This document shows, piece after piece, positions 36,275 through 45,835 of a stretch of DNA of 64,000 nucleotides. The translations under genes were made by a program, and so were the position numbers. This stretch comes from an uncultured Myxococcota bacterium (GTDB lineage: Bacteria; Myxococcota_A; UBA796), in NCBI GenBank assembly GCA_965661985.1, contig CBFIFY010000003.1, forward strand, positions 29,207 through 93,206, written 5' to 3'. Under the pieces are notes generated by a model. The model made no database searches, was not told the origin of the DNA, and was given only the letters and a program-made list of their open reading frames with translations. Positions within the stretch are counted from its first letter, which is position 1, and each line of letters starts with the position of its first letter.

Positions 36275-37045
36275 TCAGGACTCTGTATCGTCCACATCTA
36301 CGGCAGTCTCTCGGGTCGTTTTGCGGTCTGCAAACTCGAACCACCGTCCTTGAATCAAACGGTGATGAGGGTAATAACGAGATTTGTAATTTAACCGTGA
36401 ACACTCTTCTACATACAGTCCCAAATAATAATGCCTCATCCCTTTTGAACGCATCCACTGAATCTCAAACAAGGCAGAAAAGGTACCCAGTGAACGGTCG
36501 GCATAGTCAGGATCAAAATAAAAGTAGACACTTGAGATGTCTTGTTTGCCAAAATCCAAAATGCTCACCCCAATCAACTTGTCGCCAAGCATATATCGAA
36601 ACTCTCTTGTATCAACGCAGGTTTGGGTCAACCAACGTTCGTAACCACTTCGCGAATAGGCATTGCCACTCGTACTCAAATCGCGTTCCAACTTGTGACG
36701 GTTGAACAGTTTGAGTTTTTCGACAGAGAAACTGGCTGGTGACATCAGAACGCGTAGGTCTTCATTTTTTCGCAAGATTCTTCGCTGTGATTTGGACGCT
36801 CGAAATGATTGCACTGGCACACGAATCGGCTCACAGGCTGTGCAAGACGGACAATCCGTCCGATAAACCATACGACCCACTCGACGATCTCCTCCGTCCA
36901 AAGATTTGTCCAACGCATCTGGGGTCATGTCCACAAATTGGTACCGCAATGGGGTCCGTTGGCGTCGATTTTCGAGGTAAGAGCAAGAATCGATTCCATC
37001 ATACACAATCTGCTCTTGGGAATGAGGGGTATACGGCTTTGACAT
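36275..37045 (-). CDS. bpt: arginyl/leucyl-tRNA--protein transferase (bacterial Ate/Bpt family)
   Basis: CSYLENRRQR, DRRVGRMVYRTDCPSCTAC, FNRHKLERD and HYYLGLYVEECSRLNYKSRYYPHHRL are ATE_N/ATE_C blocks. ATG 37045 has GAGG 6 nt upstream. Confidence 0.85.
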   Translation of the reverse strand: MSKPYTPHSQEQIVYDGIDSCSYLENRRQRTPLRYQFVDMTPDALDKSLDGGDRRVGRMVYRTDCPSCTACEPIRVPVQSFRASKSQRRILRKNEDLRVLMSPASFSVEKLKLFNRHKLERDLSTSGNAYSRSGYERWLTQTCVDTREFRYMLGDKLIGVSILDFGKQDISSVYFYFDPDYADRSLGTFSALFEIQWMRSKGMRHYYLGLYVEECSRLNYKSRYYPHHRLIQGRWFEFADRKTTRETAVDVDDTES

Positions 37046-37201
37046 GATGAACCTCACAAAATGCACTACATTGTTTGTATGTAACAGCGTTTTGTTGGAC
37101 CCTTAAAACCAAATTGTTCAATCCAACGACGCAAATCTATCCGACTTGATAATCCAACGCACTGGGAGTCAAATTCGGACAGATTCTATGGAAGGTATAC
37201 C

Positions 37202-37882
37202 ATGTCATTTGTTGAATGCCACATTGAGAATCAAATAGCCACGTTGCAACTGAATAGGCCTCAGAAGTCTCACGCGTACACCAACACCATGCTTGTGGAC
37301 ATCGACAATTTCTGGAGTGAGATAGAGTCGACCGCAAGGATGGCAATCATCCAGTCTACCGGTTCAAAGGCATTTTGTGGTGGAGCAGACCTAACGGAGA
37401 TGACCAACGCCACTGCTGAAACGGCTTTGGACTTGCTCTCCCAACGTGTTTTCAATCGCATCGCCACGTCAAAAGTTGTCAGCATCGCCGCCATACATGG
37501 TCCCGCCGTTGCTGGTGGTTTTGAACTGACCTTAGCCTGTGATCTACGGGTAGCGTCTTCAGAAGCTTGGTTTGCATTGCCGGAAGTATCGAAGGGACTC
37601 ATCCCCGCAGCAGGGGGATGTACTCGATTGACGCGATTGCTCGGCGCATCAATTGCCAAAGGGGTCATTCTTGGTAGTCAAAGAATATCCTGCGATCAGG
37701 CACTTCAATGGGGTTTGGTCCACCGTGAACACAACAGCCCTCGCGAAGAAGCCATGCGGTGGGCCACAGAACTCATCCAGCGCAATCCATTGGCACTTCA
37801 ACTGGCCAAACAAGTGTTGAACAACCCGACACTCGAAGCAGAGAGACTGGCCGAAGCCATCCTGTACGAACAAAAATTATAA
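37202..37882 (+). CDS. enoyl-CoA hydratase/isomerase (crotonase) family protein
   Basis: KAFCGGADL and AIHGPAVAGGFELTLACDLRV are the oxyanion-hole blocks. Confidence 0.85.
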   Translation: MSFVECHIENQIATLQLNRPQKSHAYTNTMLVDIDNFWSEIESTARMAIIQSTGSKAFCGGADLTEMTNATAETALDLLSQRVFNRIATSKVVSIAAIHGPAVAGGFELTLACDLRVASSEAWFALPEVSKGLIPAAGGCTRLTRLLGASIAKGVILGSQRISCDQALQWGLVHREHNSPREEAMRWATELIQRNPLALQLAKQVLNNPTLEAERLAEAILYEQKL

Positions 37883-37933
37883 GGTCTCGATACACACAAG
37901 TCCAACTTCCAAACATGACTGAGTAATCACCCA

Positions 37934-38986
37934 TCAATGATCACAGCACTGATCATCCTGTTTGTGAGAATGACGCTGTTGATTCAATGACTTGTCCGCT
38001 GGATTCAAGATCTCTACAGTACAATGTGCCAACGCAACGGACTGACACAACGATTTTTTGTACTCAAGTGGAGACTGTGGGTCTTGCGCAAGAATAGACA
38101 CCACACAGCAGTGTCTGTCCAGTCCCATATCCCACAGATGTAGGTCAACGATTTCCACACCCTCGATGTGTGCGAAATGGTGACGAACCTTCTCCTCCAA
38201 CTCTCGATTTGGGAGTGCACTGAGAAGTACCCAACCAGTATCTTTGATAAGTTGAACCGACCATCGAACAATGATGATTCCCCCGACAACACCCATCAGT
38301 GGGTCCAATACCCACCAACCGAATTGCTGACCCAAAAACAAAGCAACGATGGCCAAAACAGATGTCAACGCATCGGCAACCACGTGTAGATAAGCCCCTC
38401 TCAGATTGTGGTCGTGACCAGCCTGCTCCACATCACCCTGCCCGTGACTGTGACCATGCCCGTGGCTGTGACCATGACCGTGATGCCCTGCCGAATCATC
38501 CTGACTGAGCAACCAAGCAGACAGTAAATTTACCACCAAACCAATGATCGCTACCCACATCGCCGTACCAAATTCGACCGATTCAGGCTCCAACATGTGG
38601 TGTACCGACTCTACGGCAACGAGCACACCTGCCACAAACAACGCAATAGCAGAAGCAAATCCTGTTAAAGCAAAGACTTTTCCAGTACCAAATGAAAAGC
38701 GGGGATCAGAATCATACTTTCGTGCAAAGGCATAGCCCAACAACGTGAGTCCCAATGCGCCAGCGTGAGAGGCCATATGCCACCCGTCAGCCGTCAGTGC
38801 CATAGACTTGGTCCACCACCCAACCAAAAGTTCGGCGACCATCGTCACCAGTGTCAACCACACCACCCAACGGGTTCGTGTCTCATTCCCCTCTAGGATT
38901 GGGGTGTCGTGTTGATGGCGCACTTGCAATATCTCAGGATTCGACTCCCGCTGAGAGTTGCCGTGAAAGTGGTGGTCATGGGGCAT
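37934..38986 (-). CDS. cation diffusion facilitator (CDF) divalent-metal exporter with His-rich loop
   Basis: Six TM segments, SMALTADGWHMASH, HVVADALTS and a cytoplasmic loop GHHGHGHSHGHGHSHGQGD. Its start overlaps the upstream gene stop by 11 nt. Confidence 0.88.
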   Translation of the reverse strand: MPHDHHFHGNSQRESNPEILQVRHQHDTPILEGNETRTRWVVWLTLVTMVAELLVGWWTKSMALTADGWHMASHAGALGLTLLGYAFARKYDSDPRFSFGTGKVFALTGFASAIALFVAGVLVAVESVHHMLEPESVEFGTAMWVAIIGLVVNLLSAWLLSQDDSAGHHGHGHSHGHGHSHGQGDVEQAGHDHNLRGAYLHVVADALTSVLAIVALFLGQQFGWWVLDPLMGVVGGIIIVRWSVQLIKDTGWVLLSALPNRELEEKVRHHFAHIEGVEIVDLHLWDMGLDRHCCVVSILAQDPQSPLEYKKSLCQSVALAHCTVEILNPADKSLNQQRHSHKQDDQCCDH

Positions 38987-40823
38987 CTGGCTCTTCTCCT
39001 TGCACGATGGTGTACCGTTGATTGCCAGTAAGTGTGTACTCTGTTTCTGTCAAATCAGCGTCTGGCCAACGAATGCGAACGATGGCCTCACAGGTCTCTC
39101 CCATTCCAAAGTGCAGGCGCAAATCATTTTGAGCACCGTAATGACCGAATCCACCACCCACTTCTTGAACCTGGATTCCATCGTCTGTTTCTACTTCAAC
39201 ACGGGCACCAATGGCCGAGTGGTTGCTGCCATTTTGTCCAACCAAATCCAGTTGTAAAAAGCCTCCCCCAAGTTGATTCTCATACAATCTGGCGTGAAAA
39301 GACTCTGGACAATCGTCATCGCATCGACCCGACGAGTGTCCAATCACCATGTCCAAATCCCCATCATTGTCAAAATCAGCCACCGCCGCTCCGTGTGAAC
39401 GATTGTGGTCAATGCCGATGTCCAAAGGCACTGCCTCAAACACTCGGGGAGCCGTTTGACGATAGAGCAAACCTCGTGTACCTGGATAGTCTGTAGAACC
39501 GATGTATACATCTTTCCAACCGTCGTTGTCGATGTCCAGCACAGCCGCGGTAATGTCTCCATCGTTCCAGTCTACAATGTCATATGTTCGAGTCAAACCT
39601 GTCGAGGCATTTCCCGGTCTATCCAATTCTACTGAACTCGATTGGGTATTGAACAGCAACTCACTTGCGTCGGAAGAACCACCCACATCCCAGTGTACAA
39701 TCTCGGTCGTCAGCAAGTCCAACCACCCATCATTGTCAATGTCTGAACAAACTGTGGTTCCTGAGTTTCCACCCAAACGAAAGGCATTTCTATCTTGACC
39801 GTGGTTCCATCGAAAAGCATCGTCATCGCTGTTGCAGCGAATCAACGATGGCTCTGGCACACCTGCACATTCATCGTCCGTTGGATGCAACATACACCAA
39901 CACCGTGCCGATTCGTTGTCGGTCCAATCTTGATTTTCATCAAAGGCATAGCCCGAAGCAATACTTTGGTTGCTGTATTGACTGCCTTCTGATTGCCACA
40001 AATGATTGGGGGCACGACCGTAGGACGCCGACAACAATTCCATATCCCCGTCGTTGTTTAGGTCACAGGAATGAACAGACCAACTGACGGAGTGTCCCTG
40101 TGCTCGGTTCAAAGGCGCAATACTGGTCCAATTTTGCGTTTTCAGCCCCACGTCTTCTGTCACATCGGTAAACACCCCCGTTCCATCACCTAGAAGAAGA
40201 CGATCTTGCTCAGCATTGGCCTGACCCAACCACAAGTCTACGACACCATCACGATTCACGTCTACGAAACTTGCCCCAGCAGTTTGAGCGACTGTGGTTG
40301 AACGAACCCCTGAGTCTTCACTCCCCAAAGAAAATGTTCCATCCCCATTGTTGAGAACAATCTCAGAAGTTTCCACGCTGTCACCGGAAAAGTTGTGCCC
40401 CGTGTACAAATCCAAGTCTCCATCGTTGTCAATGTCTGCGAATGCAACGACTTGCCCAGGCCTACCAGTGTCCAAGGTTCGCGCTTGTCGAATCCCCGAT
40501 GCTTCTGTGACATCTTCAAAAGCACCAGCCCCTGTATTTCGAAGCAACCACGAGTTGCGATTGCCCTCTGCAAAATTGTCTCCATTGTCATTTTTTCGAA
40601 TGAACAAATCGGTCCAGCCATCCCCATCATAATCCACTGCAGAAATCCGTGTTCCGGTCGCATTGATTGATTCAAGCCCCCACTCTACGGTCCGATCAAC
40701 ATATACCGTCGCCTCTCCATCATAGGATGTGGTCACCCCTTCACAATCTGGTGACTTTTCTTTACAGCCAGTGCCCATCCCAACGAACAAACCCATAACG
40801 CCTAGCAAATTGCCTTGTCTCAT
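38976..40823 (-). CDS. CRTAC1-family lipoprotein (FG-GAP/VCBS repeats + ASPIC/UnbV C-terminal domain)
   Basis: Lipobox GMGTGC. Repeated D.DnDGd.D. motifs (DYDGDGWTDL, DIDNDGDLDL, DLNNDGDMEL, DIDNDGWLDL, DIDNDGWKDV, DFDNDGDLDM). C-terminal NHSAIGARVEV...HFGMGE...IRWPD. ATG 40823 was chosen over GTG 40838. Confidence 0.85.
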   Translation of the reverse strand: MRQGNLLGVMGLFVGMGTGCKEKSPDCEGVTTSYDGEATVYVDRTVEWGLESINATGTRISAVDYDGDGWTDLFIRKNDNGDNFAEGNRNSWLLRNTGAGAFEDVTEASGIRQARTLDTGRPGQVVAFADIDNDGDLDLYTGHNFSGDSVETSEIVLNNGDGTFSLGSEDSGVRSTTVAQTAGASFVDVNRDGVVDLWLGQANAEQDRLLLGDGTGVFTDVTEDVGLKTQNWTSIAPLNRAQGHSVSWSVHSCDLNNDGDMELLSASYGRAPNHLWQSEGSQYSNQSIASGYAFDENQDWTDNESARCWCMLHPTDDECAGVPEPSLIRCNSDDDAFRWNHGQDRNAFRLGGNSGTTVCSDIDNDGWLDLLTTEIVHWDVGGSSDASELLFNTQSSSVELDRPGNASTGLTRTYDIVDWNDGDITAAVLDIDNDGWKDVYIGSTDYPGTRGLLYRQTAPRVFEAVPLDIGIDHNRSHGAAVADFDNDGDLDMVIGHSSGRCDDDCPESFHARLYENQLGGGFLQLDLVGQNGSNHSAIGARVEVETDDGIQVQEVGGGFGHYGAQNDLRLHFGMGETCEAIVRIRWPDADLTETEYTLTGNQRYTIVQGEEPDAP

Positions 40824-40911
40824 CTGTACAACTCCCACAAATTGGTTATGAGCAGTCTATATCTCCCAATTCCCTTTCTGTAAATCTTCCCAAACCCTCT
40901 CCCTCTTTTCA

Positions 40912-43335
40912 ATGTTGTTTGGCTTTCTACTCTTTGCATCCTGCCCAAAACCCACTTGGTCAGAGCCCTATACACCTGTAATTTCGACACCGTCTTGGAC
41001 CGCCCATTTTACCAAACAAGGGTCCATTGACGTACCGGAAGCCGCACTGCAAAATCAACAGAGATTAACCATTTCAAATACAAAGGACGCCAAATCTTTT
41101 TCATGGCTTCCAACACACGAAGACATTTGGACCAGCAACAAGCCCCCATTTATTAATTCGATGCTCGCTGAAAAACAGTATGCAACTTGGAGCGATGATT
41201 CCGTACGGCTACTGCTAAGACACAATTGTTCAGACAACGACCTGCTTCACTGGAAATCTACGAGCAGTGAAGGGTCTATTCTCGCCACAGAATTCACAAT
41301 CTTAACAATTTCTCGGGCGCCGTACTCCAAATCTATTCCGATCCAATGGTCCTGTGGTACATCACAACAGACCACACACACCAAAATATCACTCGACAAC
41401 AGCCTACCCCTACCACATATTCAGTGGCGATGGCTCAATGCTCAAACCCTTCGGGTCATCAGCCTAGATGCAACTGAAAGTACGCTGTCCATTCTTCATG
41501 GAAACACCAACGTTGGCTGGACCGTTGGAGACACGGCTTTTATTGCCCATCCGTTAAGCGTATGGGATGTGGATACCCAAAGCATTCCAAGCACGCACCT
41601 AAAGTTCGAACTGAGCGCCAAACAAACAGTTTTATACACTTCCACACCCATTTCAATGCTCAATCCAGCGCTGTCTGTCACTCGGTCGAATGACCAAACC
41701 TATCTCATTGACACTCCGACTGACTCAACCCACATTGTCTACAGTCGTTTGATTGGACAGGCTACATCGGAAATGCCCAACCTCCATCCTGTCCTGACCC
41801 AGAAACCAATATCGGATGATCGACTGTTCAAAGGACTCTATTGGTTGAGTGTGCAAGATCCAAGCCGACAGAGTCATACGGTTGAACCCTTGTGGATGTA
41901 CGACGGAACTTGGCAATGGTACTCAAATACACAGTGGACCACCACCACCACCCCACAAAGCGAAGCGATACGTTCATCCAAACCACCCTATGTACGGTGG
42001 GGCGATGCCCTACTGGTTTCCGAACGTCATCTGGATACATCTCATCTTGTAGAGCGCACACGGTGGATCGTTGGAGACCCACTTCAACAGAATCTCATAA
42101 TTAGCCCTGAAGATGGTCTGTTCTACAATCATGACGTTCTATCTGTTCTTCAACAGCAACGCTCCGAAAAGCTGACAGCCCCTGCCGATGAGTCCATTCC
42201 TTTTCTTTTCCGAACGGACTCTCAAGCATCGGAGGAACGGCTCTTAACACTTCTTCCTTTGCTAAAAGCAGACTCTTTGTTGTCCACTGCCACACTGCTT
42301 CATCACGGCAGTCTATTGTGGGACGCTCTACACACTCGAAATCTCAGTTGGTATAATGGAGTGTTGCATGCTGTTCAAAAAGGACTGCGACAGTTGGAAC
42401 AAGTGTCTGAAGATCGGTGGGAGGCATTGGATTTTGAAGTGCAACTGTACATCCTATGGACCACGCTGATCGCCGACCAAGAAGGGCTTTCCCCCAACTC
42501 AACCTCAATGCGCCGTCAACTCTCTTGGTTGTGTGGCCTATCGGACACCGACATTGAACTGGATCGAGCACTCATTTCTCACGTTCGATGGATGGTCACC
42601 CAATCTTATTGGAAACACCGTTCCTGTACTGGCACCGCACAATCGTTGTCAGAACACGCGTTTACTGCCGACACTGTAAGCAACATCGATGATGAATTAC
42701 AGTCCGCTCTTAAAGAACATCGCACATACACATTGAAACCCGATGCTCCACTGTGGCAACAGTTTCTGTTGTTTGAAAGAGAAAAAGAACTCCGTGATCG
42801 CTATGTCAATCTACACCTTTCTTTGGAGAACAACAGTGAAAGTACACGGGGGCTGTTTCATGAGTGGCAAATCAGACCTGTACAAGCCACGTTGAAAGAC
42901 AGTGAATCACAATTTCACGTTTCAGGGGTGGGCAGACTCTATTCATCGACTTGGCAACCTTGGATTCAAACGCTGTCTGCTCAATCAGGAGACACCATAA
43001 ACGTCGTCCGCACAATTGTAGACAAATACAACACACCCATCCACCCCTTTGAACTTCAAGTTGGAATGCCCATTCAGCTCCACACCACCGTTCAAGGGTT
43101 GCCATCCACCCCCTTTTGCATTCGTCAATGGGGCAGTGCAGGCTTGGCCAACCAACCACAAGAACATCACAGTTGCCACACCCTTGATGAACAAGGATAC
43201 TGGTCGACCATTGAGTCCACCCATGTTGTCTACGATGGTCAATACAGACTTCCAGCCACTTGGGTCGCCACTGAGACCGACATTGCACACACAGCGACAA
43301 CGTGGTTGCGAACCAAACGCTTGACGTATCCTTAG
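40912..43335 (+). CDS. large hypothetical lipoprotein (807 aa)
   Basis: Lipobox FLLFASC and an uninterrupted 807-codon ORF. I recognise no family or catalytic motif. Confidence 0.6.
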   Translation: MLFGFLLFASCPKPTWSEPYTPVISTPSWTAHFTKQGSIDVPEAALQNQQRLTISNTKDAKSFSWLPTHEDIWTSNKPPFINSMLAEKQYATWSDDSVRLLLRHNCSDNDLLHWKSTSSEGSILATEFTILTISRAPYSKSIPIQWSCGTSQQTTHTKISLDNSLPLPHIQWRWLNAQTLRVISLDATESTLSILHGNTNVGWTVGDTAFIAHPLSVWDVDTQSIPSTHLKFELSAKQTVLYTSTPISMLNPALSVTRSNDQTYLIDTPTDSTHIVYSRLIGQATSEMPNLHPVLTQKPISDDRLFKGLYWLSVQDPSRQSHTVEPLWMYDGTWQWYSNTQWTTTTTPQSEAIRSSKPPYVRWGDALLVSERHLDTSHLVERTRWIVGDPLQQNLIISPEDGLFYNHDVLSVLQQQRSEKLTAPADESIPFLFRTDSQASEERLLTLLPLLKADSLLSTATLLHHGSLLWDALHTRNLSWYNGVLHAVQKGLRQLEQVSEDRWEALDFEVQLYILWTTLIADQEGLSPNSTSMRRQLSWLCGLSDTDIELDRALISHVRWMVTQSYWKHRSCTGTAQSLSEHAFTADTVSNIDDELQSALKEHRTYTLKPDAPLWQQFLLFEREKELRDRYVNLHLSLENNSESTRGLFHEWQIRPVQATLKDSESQFHVSGVGRLYSSTWQPWIQTLSAQSGDTINVVRTIVDKYNTPIHPFELQVGMPIQLHTTVQGLPSTPFCIRQWGSAGLANQPQEHHSCHTLDEQGYWSTIESTHVVYDGQYRLPATWVATETDIAHTATTWLRTKRLTYP

Positions 43336-43412
43336 ATTGACATTCCACTGTTTTGTCGAGTGTGTTATTATGGGATGTTGTATCGTCCAGTTCTGACTTT
43401 GGAGAAGACACC

Positions 43413-44141
43413 ATGGATCGCCCACACAATGTGCCAAAATTACTCATCAAACTCATGCACCAGCAAAATCAGCTCTGCCCACTCACGACCGACGTTGTTC
43501 GAGTCGGCCGAAGTGAAGAGTGCGAAGTCATCTTGCCCAACGCTTCTGTGTCTCGCATTCACGCCACCATCACCAAAGAAGGTGACCGCTTCGTCATCCG
43601 AGACAACGATTCTCAAAACGGTTTTCGCATCAACGGCGAGGCATCCAAAGAACACACATTGAGTTCCGGTGATGAAATCCACTTGGGGGTATTCTCACTG
43701 GTCTTTTTAAGTGATCGATTGGAAGACAACTATTACCGTGGTCGTTCGGTCACCTATTTGCCCATCTACAATCCAAAAATCATTGAAAGCAGTGATGACT
43801 CAACCTTCGCCATGTCCACGCGGGACAAAAACTTGTTGGCTCGCAAGTCCAGTCTGCTCTATCACGGATGCATCATGAGCAAGGATGGGCGCTACTTCTA
43901 TCCCGAAGAAAATCCGCTGACCTTTGGAAAGAATGCCGTCATTTCCATCGATCACTGGTGGGTATTTGGTGTGGTCGCAGAGATCGTATGGGCCGACAAA
44001 GCTCACGTCATCAACAAACTGTCTTGGTTCTGCCCCGTCAAAGTCAACGGCAACAACGTCGATCGTGCTTTGTTGAAAGCGGGAGACAAAATTCAAATTG
44101 GCAACAATCATTTTGGGTATACCATACGCCAAGATTACTAA
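43413..44141 (+). CDS. FHA domain-containing protein
   Basis: ATG 43413 has GGAGA 7 nt upstream. VVRVGRSEECEVILPNASVSRIHATITKEGDRFVIRDNDSQNGFRINGE is a canonical FHA core. The C-terminal VKVNGNNVDRALLKAGDKIQIGNNHFGY suggests a second, degenerate FHA-like module. Confidence 0.8.
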   Translation: MDRPHNVPKLLIKLMHQQNQLCPLTTDVVRVGRSEECEVILPNASVSRIHATITKEGDRFVIRDNDSQNGFRINGEASKEHTLSSGDEIHLGVFSLVFLSDRLEDNYYRGRSVTYLPIYNPKIIESSDDSTFAMSTRDKNLLARKSSLLYHGCIMSKDGRYFYPEENPLTFGKNAVISIDHWWVFGVVAEIVWADKAHVINKLSWFCPVKVNGNNVDRALLKAGDKIQIGNNHFGYTIRQDY

Positions 44142-44202
44142 AAGTTGATTTGCGGTGCTGTCTTCTTTGGCTTCCCTTGTCTAGAAACGCTCGGATACTA
44201 GA

Positions 44203-44588
44203 GTATACCTCGCGTTTATATCCTTCGGGCATCCTTTGAATCCATCATCCACTCTCAACTTTGAAAATACGAAATTGTTGTGGGTTGCTGGGTGACTTGG
44301 GTGTTTGTTAGGCTGTTGGAAGTTGACTGGCGTTGAGGGTGACTTTGATGTTTGCGAGTGTGTCGGTATTTGGTTGGATATAGCAGTTTGTGTTTGTATA
44401 CCTCGCGTTTATATCCTTCGGGTATCCTTTGAATCCATCATCCACTCTCATCATTGAAACTACGAGATTGTTGTGGTGTGCTGGGTGACTTGGGTGCTTG
44501 TTTGTATCGGGGCTTGGGTCGAGGCAGGCGTTTTTGGTGACTTGGTTGTTGTCTAGTGTGTTGGCAGAGGGGTAGATGTAGCAGTTTG
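44203..44588 (+). repeat. two tandem ~193-bp non-coding repeat units (44203-44395, 44396-44588)
   Basis: The first ~106 nt of each unit differ at 8 positions by my count. The distal ~87 nt are more diverged but still alignable. Lies in the convergent intergenic region between the FHA and Rpn genes. Confidence 0.85.
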
Positions 44589-44791
44589 TTGTATCGATTG
44601 TTTGTCAATCAAAAGCATTGTAGAAGGCTATCAGGTTTATTGGATGGGCTTTGGTATCCAAGTGAAGTGTACAATCGTACACGAATCTGGAGAACGAAGG
44701 TCAGTCGATGAAACGGATAGCCCTTCGGCTGTGAGATTGGTATACACAGGATGGTCTCTCAATGGTTTGGAGAGGTCGGCGAGGTGTCTAT

Positions 44792-45835
44792 TTATTTTTG
44801 AACGGGGGCGGATCGAAGTTTGCCGACTTCATCTACACTCAAGCCTGTTGCTTGTGCGGTTTGTTCGTCAGAGAGTCCCATTTTGATGAGATTTTGCGCA
44901 GTTTTGATGTTGGCTTGTATCGTGCCTTCTTCTCTTCCTCTTTCGATACCCTGCTGGATACCTTCTTCTTGCCACTGTTTGATTAAATCGATCATGTTGT
45001 TCTCCGTTCTTAATTTATTGTCTAGCATTTTTGAAATGGGTTCGTTTCCTTTGTAGGTTTGGATGATGTAGAGATACATCGAGAGTAGGGTATCTCCGGA
45101 TTCTTGTCTCAACAGTATGAACTGTTCGTCAACCAGCAATCGGTCATAGAAGGACGAATGTCTGGAATATTTGAAATACTCGGCAAACTTGGCTAGCAGA
45201 AACGACTGTTGGTACTGTCTTTGAATCTCGGCATCATCGGTTTGTGAGAGGTCTCGCAAGTGGAAAGACAGTTGGGGAGAATATTGGGAACATCCCACAG
45301 GCACGTTAATCAAAGCCTGTAGGGACGTTGGGGATTTCCAAGCTTCGATGCCATTGAAGAGCACCAATGGAAACACAAAGGGCAGTTTGTCGGGAAATTT
45401 TCCGTTGTGGATGGTTTTGATGTAGTTTGAATACCATAAGTATAGATACTCGTAGAACCTCCATGCCATCGAGTGAACATCTGTCGATTGATGCTCGAAC
45501 ATAAAGTAGACATACATTTTCTCTGAGGATTTGAGTTTCAGTGACAGAAGAATGTCGGCGCGTTTCTCGTTGACCATTGGAGAGCCGAGATTGGTGGGTT
45601 CGTAGGTCAGAGAGTCCCATTTGATATTTTCGACCAGTGCTTGGGGTATTTCAGCCTGTAGATAGGCGGTGATGACCTTGGGCTTCTCCATCATGTACTT
45701 GAAAATCACATCGTGAGAGGTTTTGCCTTTGGACATTTCATCGAGAAACATTTTGTGTAGGCGTTCAAAGGTGCGTTTTTGCTCTTGTAGTCGTTTGGTC
45801 TTGTCTGGTCCTAAATTGTCTGATTCATCGCTCAT
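44792..45835 (-). CDS. Rpn-family recombination-promoting nuclease / putative transposase (PD-(D/E)XK, YhgA-like)
   Basis: The N-terminal block HDVIFKYMM...RADILLSLKL...VYFMFEHQS fits the D...E.Q nuclease core pattern. The C-terminal EEGIQQGIERGREEGTIQANIKTAQNLIKMGLSDEQTAQATGLSVDEV repeat is typical of this family. Confidence 0.8.
   Translation of the reverse strand: MSDESDNLGPDKTKRLQEQKRTFERLHKMFLDEMSKGKTSHDVIFKYMMEKPKVITAYLQAEIPQALVENIKWDSLTYEPTNLGSPMVNEKRADILLSLKLKSSEKMYVYFMFEHQSTDVHSMAWRFYEYLYLWYSNYIKTIHNGKFPDKLPFVFPLVLFNGIEAWKSPTSLQALINVPVGCSQYSPQLSFHLRDLSQTDDAEIQRQYQQSFLLAKFAEYFKYSRHSSFYDRLLVDEQFILLRQESGDTLLSMYLYIIQTYKGNEPISKMLDNKLRTENNMIDLIKQWQEEGIQQGIERGREEGTIQANIKTAQNLIKMGLSDEQTAQATGLSVDEVGKLRSAPVQK

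Noticed and set aside
44203-44588. CRISPR array or retron-like ncRNA as an explanation for the tandem repeats.
   Set aside because: The units are ~193 bp with no short repeat/unique spacer alternation. No cas genes and no reverse transcriptase are nearby.
44602-44886. 94-aa plus-strand ORF in the spacer downstream of the tandem repeats.
   Set aside because: It has no SD and an unremarkable composition. Its 3' third overlaps the well-supported Rpn-like gene on the opposite strand.
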